From an uncultured Holophagales bacterium (GTDB lineage: Bacteria; Acidobacteriota; Thermoanaerobaculia; Multivoradales; UBA5704): a DNA stretch of 64,000 nt. The DNA is taken from positions 1,024,001-1,088,000 of the forward strand of contig CAWJGT010000009.1 in NCBI GenBank assembly GCA_963842525.1, given 5' to 3'. Below are positions 58,161-64,000 of the stretch, in pieces. Each line of letters opens with the position of its first letter. The stretch's first letter is position 1. Under the pieces are notes generated by a model. It was not told where the DNA came from and searched no databases. It worked only from the letters and a program-made list of their open reading frames with translations. The position numbers and the translations under genes are program-made.

Positions 58161-61100
58161 TTACGGCGCGCGCGGCTTTGCCACGGTCGCAACGGCACCC
58201 AGAGAGGCGGCCAGGGCGGCAATCACCAGGGACCAGAAGAGCTCTGAGCCGGGATAGACCGCGAGCAGGCGGAGAAAGCTCCTGGCGCGCAGACGTTCAA
58301 AGTTGTTCGACCATCGTGCGCGTTCGTCCGGATTGGACAGCAGCGGCAGCAGTGGCGTCTCGACTCCGATGCGGAGGATCAGATTGGCCGAAACGATTCC
58401 GGGCGCCGGAACGGCTCCGCAGGTCCTCGCCACCACCAGCCATGCCAGGGGGGCCACGGCAAAGACGGAGAGACCGAAGACGAGATAGCCCTTGAGGCGC
58501 GACCCCGCACGGACCTGTGCGGCACCGGGAATGCACCGCGCCACAACGACCCGCGCGCGGCCCCACGCCAGAAGGAGGCCGGCGGGCAAGGCGATCACAA
58601 ACATTGCGGCGATGCCCGCGAGGGCCAGGAGCAGCCGGGCTCCGGCGCTGTAGCTCCGGATTGCCTGTGCTTTTTGAATCAGGCGCGCCGGCGTTTGCGT
58701 GGCCGGCTCGACGACGCCCTTCGTGATCCATGCGCGCAACACGTCCGCAGTGGTGAGCTCGTAGCGATCCTCGTAGCTGGCCTGCGCCTGCCTGGCGGCA
58801 ACGACGTCGCCCAGCTCGCGGGGCACTGCGGTGAGATATCCCAGGTAGGATGCAGCCAGGATCGAAAGGGAAAGAGCGAGGTAGAGCGCCATGAAGAGGA
58901 TCAGTAGCGCCAGGCCATGAGATCTGAAGGTTGCCTGGGCCGCTTGTCTCCAGCCCGGCCACCGGAGACGGCGCAGTGCCGGGCGCCGCCGTACCATCCG
59001 GGAGCCGGCCACGGCCAATCGGGCGAAGAGCATCGCTGCGCAGGCCATCACGACATACAGGGAGTAGTCGAGCCAGGCGCTGCGGGTCACCGGATCGAAG
59101 GGGTAACGCCGGGCCTGTCTCAGAAAGGCGCGTTCGTCCCGTGCGCCTGCGCGGTCCCTTCGCCGCTCGAGGTCGTCGACCCAGAGGGCCGCACGGAAGG
59201 CGTCCCCAGGCGCGATCCCCGAGATCTCCCGCAGCCGCCGCCACCAGAGGTGGCGCTTCCCGGGATCGCGAAGCCCGTTATCCAGCCAGGACGTGGCTGC
59301 GTTGATCCGCCGCTCGGCCGCTTGGCTGGCCACGATGGGTCGGGGCAGCCGGCGGCGCTGTTCCAGGGCCTGTGCGAAGGCGCGGTCAGCCCAATCGCGC
59401 TGGCCGTAGATCTCGTGGAACACCGCCATCCACAAGAGCTCGTAGTAGGGAGTCGCCCACGGGCCGCCCTCCCAGATCCTTCGCCACAGTGTTTCGGCTT
59501 CCTGCCGCCGCCCCTCTGCCCACAGTGCCTGGCCGAGAAAGAACAGGTGCCACGGTTGGGTGGGATCGCGGAGCGCCGCCGCGCGCGATGCCTTTTCGAG
59601 CTCGGGGAGATCGAGGGGAAGGTGGTCGTCGATCGGACCGAGGACGTCGAAGGAAGAGCGCGGGCCCGCGAACGCCACGTTGACGAGGTTATCGGCCAGG
59701 AGCGTGCCGTTTTCGATCGCCGCGGCGCGCAAGACCAGGTTGGCCGGCACCCGGCCCGGTGCTGCGCGGCGCAGCCCGGCCAGGCGGACGGTGCCGGCTC
59801 CACGCAGGGTGACCTGGAGGTCTCCGCGCTCAACCGCGAACGCCTCCGGCGCCGCGGGCAGGAGATGGCGTTCCAGCACCCGGCCGGACGCAGGGTCCCA
59901 GGCGAGCAGATATCCCGTCAGCCAGTAATAGCGGGTGTCGTTCCATCCGGAGAGGGAGAGGTAGCTCTCGGCGCCCCAGAGCTTGCCGTCGAACATGCGG
60001 CCGCAGAGGGTCTCCAGCCCGGGAGAGGTCTGCTCCGCAAGACCGTACGCCTCGGCCGCCGCGGCCAGGCGTCCGGCGACCAGGTTGAGGTCGCCGAGAA
60101 GGGCGAACATCTCGCCCGGCGGAGGAACGGGGGTGGACCGCAGCGATTCCAGGCCGGGCAGCCCACTGAAGAGACGCGCCAGGTCGGCGCTCGCCGTCTG
60201 CTCGATGTCGTCGAGGAAGCGCCGCGCCCAGGCCGTTCTCAAAGCCTGTTGATCCGCGACGAGGCCCCGCTCCCAGGAATAGCGCGCCAGCCGCAAGCGG
60301 GCCTGCTCGAGCACCTCCGCGATCGTGTCACCTGCCGAGGTCAGGTGGTCGCAGGTGAGCTTCGCGAGGGCCGAGGGTGGATTTTCCGTAGGCACGCCGG
60401 TGGGAAGCAACGAACGAAAGGGATCCCGCCGGCCGGCCGGCCTGTCGGCCAAGGCCCAAGCCTCGTCGGCCGTCTTGCGGGAAGCCCCGGCGGCGCTGGT
60501 CCAACGGGGATCGAGCCGCTTGACGACCTGGCGAAACGGATAGACCGTCGTGGGATCTTGCTCTATCTGCTTGAAGATCAGGCCCTGCTGAAGGTCGATC
60601 CGGTCCAGGTCGCCGTCGTAGAGCTGGTCGCCTTCGCGGAGGGAAAAATGTTTCTGCGCGCTGCGTACCTCGGCGACAGGACCCCAGGGCGTGATGAACA
60701 GGCCCTCGACTTTGAGATCGTCGATCAGGAGGTCGGAGGAGGTCGGTAGACCGGGGTCGTTCCATAACGGTTGCGGGCGGGCCTGATATGACAGGTCGAG
60801 GAAAGGATCGCGCCTCGTTGCCGCGCCGTAGGATGGACGGAACACCTCCCGGAGCTTCTCGCGAGAGGAGAAGGGGACTTCGATCATTCCGAAACCCGGC
60901 TCCAGAAGGAGCCGGGCTCTATCGCTGCGGACCCGCTTGCGGAGGTCCGAACGCTCCAGCATCCCGGCGACGAGACGCGGCGCGTTTTCGATCGAGAGCC
61001 CCCAGATCCAGGGCGGAAAGCCTTTGCCGCCGAGGAGCTCATCGCCGAGCCTGTGAGCTTCGACCCCGGCCCCTCCGATCGTCAGGCCGCGTCTGAGCCT

Positions 61101-61379
61101 CCGCCCCGCTTCCGGGCTCTCGCGCGCCGCCAGGAGCCAGACCACCGGGCGATACGGGACGCCGGGAATGGCGACGCGCCGCCGGAAGCGCAGCCAGGCG
61201 ACCGTTGGCGCGATGACGTCGATCCCGTCGACCTCACCGTCAGCAAGCTGGTCGCCGTCCCGTAAGAGGACATCGCGGCTTCGCGCCCGCACCCGCGCCA
61301 CGCCGCCAGTCGACGTCGAATAGATTTCTTTGACCGTGATCTCGTCGATGGACAACCCGGCGAGAGACTGCTCGTCCAC
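58161..61379 (-). CDS. Membrane protein with two PilP-like domains, TPR-like region and C-terminal TMs
   Basis: Repeat L.ID....GI..A.V...LR.GDQL.DG...ID..(Y/F)R.VV occurs twice; RRDPF motif twice; several TMs. Confidence 0.6.
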   Translation of the reverse strand: MDEQSLAGLSIDEITVKEIYSTSTGGVARVRARSRDVLLRDGDQLADGEVDGIDVIAPTVAWLRFRRRVAIPGVPYRPVVWLLAARESPEAGRRLRRGLTIGGAGVEAHRLGDELLGGKGFPPWIWGLSIENAPRLVAGMLERSDLRKRVRSDRARLLLEPGFGMIEVPFSSREKLREVFRPSYGAATRRDPFLDLSYQARPQPLWNDPGLPTSSDLLIDDLKVEGLFITPWGPVAEVRSAQKHFSLREGDQLYDGDLDRIDLQQGLIFKQIEQDPTTVYPFRQVVKRLDPRWTSAAGASRKTADEAWALADRPAGRRDPFRSLLPTGVPTENPPSALAKLTCDHLTSAGDTIAEVLEQARLRLARYSWERGLVADQQALRTAWARRFLDDIEQTASADLARLFSGLPGLESLRSTPVPPPGEMFALLGDLNLVAGRLAAAAEAYGLAEQTSPGLETLCGRMFDGKLWGAESYLSLSGWNDTRYYWLTGYLLAWDPASGRVLERHLLPAAPEAFAVERGDLQVTLRGAGTVRLAGLRRAAPGRVPANLVLRAAAIENGTLLADNLVNVAFAGPRSSFDVLGPIDDHLPLDLPELEKASRAAALRDPTQPWHLFFLGQALWAEGRRQEAETLWRRIWEGGPWATPYYELLWMAVFHEIYGQRDWADRAFAQALEQRRRLPRPIVASQAAERRINAATSWLDNGLRDPGKRHLWWRRLREISGIAPGDAFRAALWVDDLERRRDRAGARDERAFLRQARRYPFDPVTRSAWLDYSLYVVMACAAMLFARLAVAGSRMVRRRPALRRLRWPGWRQAAQATFRSHGLALLILFMALYLALSLSILAASYLGYLTAVPRELGDVVAARQAQASYEDRYELTTADVLRAWITKGVVEPATQTPARLIQKAQAIRSYSAGARLLLALAGIAAMFVIALPAGLLLAWGRARVVVARCIPGAAQVRAGSRLKGYLVFGLSVFAVAPLAWLVVARTCGAVPAPGIVSANLILRIGVETPLLPLLSNPDERARWSNNFERLRARSFLRLLAVYPGSELFWSLVIAALAASLGAVATVAKPRAP

Positions 61380-61454
61380 AACCGGGTGGCCGTCTGTCCC
61401 GAGGTTTTTCTTTGTGCTGAGGCCGCCGGACCGGCGGATCGGGGTGGGGCGTGG

Positions 61455-61907
61455 TCAGGTGAAGGGAGGGAGGAGCAGCCGGAACAAAGCCTGTGTGACC
61501 GGAGGAGTGGCGAAAAACGGGAGCTTTTCCTCAGGCCAGGGTGCATCCGGCGCCGGCTCCGCCTTGGGAATGAGGATCGTGAGCTCGTAGCCGCGTTCCG
61601 AGCAGGTGATCTGGCGCAGGACCGGCTCGGGAGTGTACGGATTCCGTCCCAGGTCTTCCAGCAGATCCGCAATGCCGTCCCAGTCTTTCGCATGGCCACG
61701 GAGGATGGTGTGGTGCGGAGATTGGTACCGGGCGTCGACCGCGACGCGCTCCGGGAGGGCGCGCGAGACCGGCTCCGCGCTGCCCGCTCCGGCCAGGAGG
61801 CCGGCCGCAGCCACGGCTGCCAAGACTTGCCGCCGGCACCGCCTGTCGCACCCGCCGTCCCACCTGCGGTGTTCCATGGCCCGACCCCCTGTGCGAGCCA
61901 GAGGCAA
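61455..61907 (-). CDS. Secreted hypothetical protein, in frame with the 1072-aa ORF across one TGA
   Basis: RRQVLAAVAAAGLLAG signal; 25 sense codons between the TGA at 61455-61457 and GTG 61379. Confidence 0.5.
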   Translation of the reverse strand: MPLARTGGRAMEHRRWDGGCDRRCRRQVLAAVAAAGLLAGAGSAEPVSRALPERVAVDARYQSPHHTILRGHAKDWDGIADLLEDLGRNPYTPEPVLRQITCSERGYELTILIPKAEPAPDAPWPEEKLPFFATPPVTQALFRLLLPPFT

Positions 61908-62108
61908 GGCTTATACCAGGGCTCCGGCCATAGGCCGGACGGGAGAAAGAGAGCCGGCGGGCGATCGATCGAGCCACGGATTGTCAGTCCATGACGCCAA
62001 AGATCGTCAGCGCGGGCCCCGGCCCTGGCCGGACCTTGCACCCCCGATGCCCCGGCGTTAAGATCCCCCGCACACGCCAACGGCTAGACCCTCGAGAGGC
62101 GGAGGTTT

Positions 62109-62585
62109 ATGGCCAACATCACGCTGCAAGTCAATGAGAAGAGCCACGTCGTGGACGTGGAGCCGCGGACGCTGCTCGTCGAGCTTCTGCGCGAGCACCT
62201 GCGACTGACCGGCACCCACGTGGGCTGCGACACCAGCCAGTGCGGCGCCTGCACGGTCTGGGTCGACGGCAAGTCGGTCAAGAGCTGCACCATGCTGGCG
62301 GTGGAAGCCGACGGCGCGACGGTGACGACCATCGAAGGATTGGCGACCAATGGTGGGCTGCACCCCATGCAGGCGGCCTTCCACACCTGCCATGGTCTGC
62401 AATGCGGCTTCTGCACGCCCGGCATGGTGATGAGCGCCGCCGAGCTGGTGCGCCGCAATCCGCAGCCGACCGAGGGCGAGGTGCGGCACTGGCTGGAGGG
62501 CAACCTCTGCCGCTGCACCGGGTACCACAACATCGTCAAGGCCGTGCTGGCGGCGGCTGAAGAGATGCAAGGAGGTGCGCAATGA
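62109..62585 (+). CDS. coxS: (2Fe-2S) small subunit, CoxS/CutS family
   Basis: [32 protein letters not shown]. Confidence 0.92.
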   Translation: MANITLQVNEKSHVVDVEPRTLLVELLREHLRLTGTHVGCDTSQCGACTVWVDGKSVKSCTMLAVEADGATVTTIEGLATNGGLHPMQAAFHTCHGLQCGFCTPGMVMSAAELVRRNPQPTEGEVRHWLEGNLCRCTGYHNIVKAVLAAAEEMQGGAQ

Positions 62586-64000
62586 CGGGCCAGGGGATGG
62601 GTGCCTCCGTCGCGCGCCGCGAGGACCGGCGCTTCCTCCTCGGCAAGGGGCGGTACACCGACGACATCGCGCTCCCCGGGCAGACCTGGGCCGTGTTCGT
62701 CCGCTCTCCCTACGCCCATGCGGCCATCCGGTCGATCGACGCCTCCGCCGCGCTCGCGGCGCCGGGCGTGCTCGCCGTGCTGACGGGCGACGACGTGGCC
62801 GCCGACGGGCTGGGCGGGATTCCCTGCGGCTGGCAGCTCCACAACAAAGACGGCTCGCCCATGGTCGAGCCGCCGCACCCGGCCCTCGCGCAGGGGAAGG
62901 TGCGGCACGCCGGCGATCCGGTCGTGATGGTGATCGCCGAGACCCGGGCGCAGGCGAAGGATGCGGCGCAGCTCGTGGAGGTCGACTACGACCCGCGGCC
63001 GGCGGTCGCCCACCTGACGGCGGCCGTGGCTGACGGCGCGCCGCTCGTGTGGGATGAGGCCCCCGGCAACGTCTGCTTCGACTTTCATCTCGGCGACGCT
63101 GCGGCCACCGAGGCCGAATTCACGGGGGCGGCCCACATCACCGCCATCGACCTGGTCAACAACCGCATCGCCCCCAATGCGATCGAGCCGCGCGCCGCCA
63201 ACGGCCACTACGACTCGGCCGAAGACCGGTACACCCTCTACACCACGTCGCAGAACCCGCACCTGACGCGCCTGCTGCTCGGGGCGTTCAGCCTGAAGGT
63301 GCCGGAGCACCGGCTGCGCGTGGTCGCGCCCGACGTGGGCGGTGGGTTCGGCTCGAAGATCTTCCACTATGCCGAAGAGCTGCTCGTCCTCTGGGCTTCC
63401 AAACGGGTCGGCCGGCCGGTCAAGTGGACCGCCGAGCGGAGCGAGTCCTTCCTGTCCGACGCACACGGCCGGGACCATGTGAGCCACGCCGAGCTCGCCC
63501 TCGACGCCGACGGCAGGTTCCGCGGCCTGCGCGTCCGCACGCTCGCCAACATGGGGGCGTATCTCTCCACGTTCGCGCCGGTCATCCCGACCTATCTCCA
63601 CGCCACGCTCCTCTCCGGACCGTACGTCATCCCGGCGATCTATGCCGAGGTGAAGGCGATCTTCACCAACACCGTCCCGGTGGACGCGGTGCGCGGCGCC
63701 GGCCGCCCCGAGGCCACGTACCTGCTCGAACGCCTGGTGGACAAGGCCGCCCGCGAGCTGAACATCGACCGCGTGGAGATCCGGCGGAAGAACCTGATCC
63801 AGCCGGACCAGTTCCCCTATCAGACGCCGGTGGCCCTGCAGTACGACATCGGCGACTACCCGGCGACGCTCGACCTCGCGCTCCAGGCCATCGACTACCC
63901 GCGGCTCATGGAGCGCAAGGCTGCGTCCGTATCGCGTGGCAAGCTGCGTGGCTTCGGGATTTCGACCTACATCGAGGCGTGCGGCATCGCGCCGTCCGCG
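62582..64000 (+). CDS. Molybdopterin large subunit, CoxL/xanthine dehydrogenase family (form II-like); runs off the right edge
   Basis: Own translation: [55 protein letters not shown]. Confidence 0.9.
   Translation, partial: MTGQGMGASVARREDRRFLLGKGRYTDDIALPGQTWAVFVRSPYAHAAIRSIDASAALAAPGVLAVLTGDDVAADGLGGIPCGWQLHNKDGSPMVEPPHPALAQGKVRHAGDPVVMVIAETRAQAKDAAQLVEVDYDPRPAVAHLTAAVADGAPLVWDEAPGNVCFDFHLGDAAATEAEFTGAAHITAIDLVNNRIAPNAIEPRAANGHYDSAEDRYTLYTTSQNPHLTRLLLGAFSLKVPEHRLRVVAPDVGGGFGSKIFHYAEELLVLWASKRVGRPVKWTAERSESFLSDAHGRDHVSHAELALDADGRFRGLRVRTLANMGAYLSTFAPVIPTYLHATLLSGPYVIPAIYAEVKAIFTNTVPVDAVRGAGRPEATYLLERLVDKAARELNIDRVEIRRKNLIQPDQFPYQTPVALQYDIGDYPATLDLALQAIDYPRLMERKAASVSRGKLRGFGISTYIEACGIAPSA

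Noticed and set aside
57324-58406. DGR template/variable repeat pair
   Set aside because: The 6 mismatches are not confined to adenines on either strand of either copy, and there is no reverse transcriptase in the window.
61455-61457. Selenocysteine codon
   Set aside because: No redox or Cys-type context and no convincing SECIS; a nonsense change or error is simpler.
1-64000. tRNA or rRNA genes
   Set aside because: None recognised by eye; a covariance search was not possible.

Overview
A GC-rich bacterial window. The ADOP-type permease and the gene families suggest Acidobacteriota, possibly Thermoanaerobaculia (inference). 1-14.6 kb: a minus-strand hybrid NRPS/PKS (C-A[Ala-like]-T-E-C-T-KS-AT-pseudoKR-ACP-Cy-A[Cys]-T, split by one frameshift) carrying three in-frame palindromic repeat insertions, followed by the start of a second NRPS. 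14.7-44.8 kb: a permease, toxin-antitoxin pairs, gene fragments, an attC-flanked tandem-HEPN-like gene, a PfkB-like/AAA/RyR protein, hydrolases and a Cys-rich secreted peptide. 44.8-57.3 kb: a 12.4-kb island bounded by a 38-bp direct repeat. It holds a 21-bp-period repeat array, an integron integrase remnant split by an IS21, six integron cassettes with defence-like genes, an IS1111-type IS110 and an HUH (Y1/RAYT-like) transposase. Stuttered copies of one short motif, AAGTGCCA(G/C)CC(G/A)A, mark both island ends and internal breakpoints, and the IS110 sits inside that same motif. 57.3-64 kb: a TA module between 209-bp direct repeats, a PilP-like/TPR membrane protein and coxS/coxL-like genes. 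Several single-base frameshifts may be assembly errors. All family calls come from motif recognition only; no searches were run.
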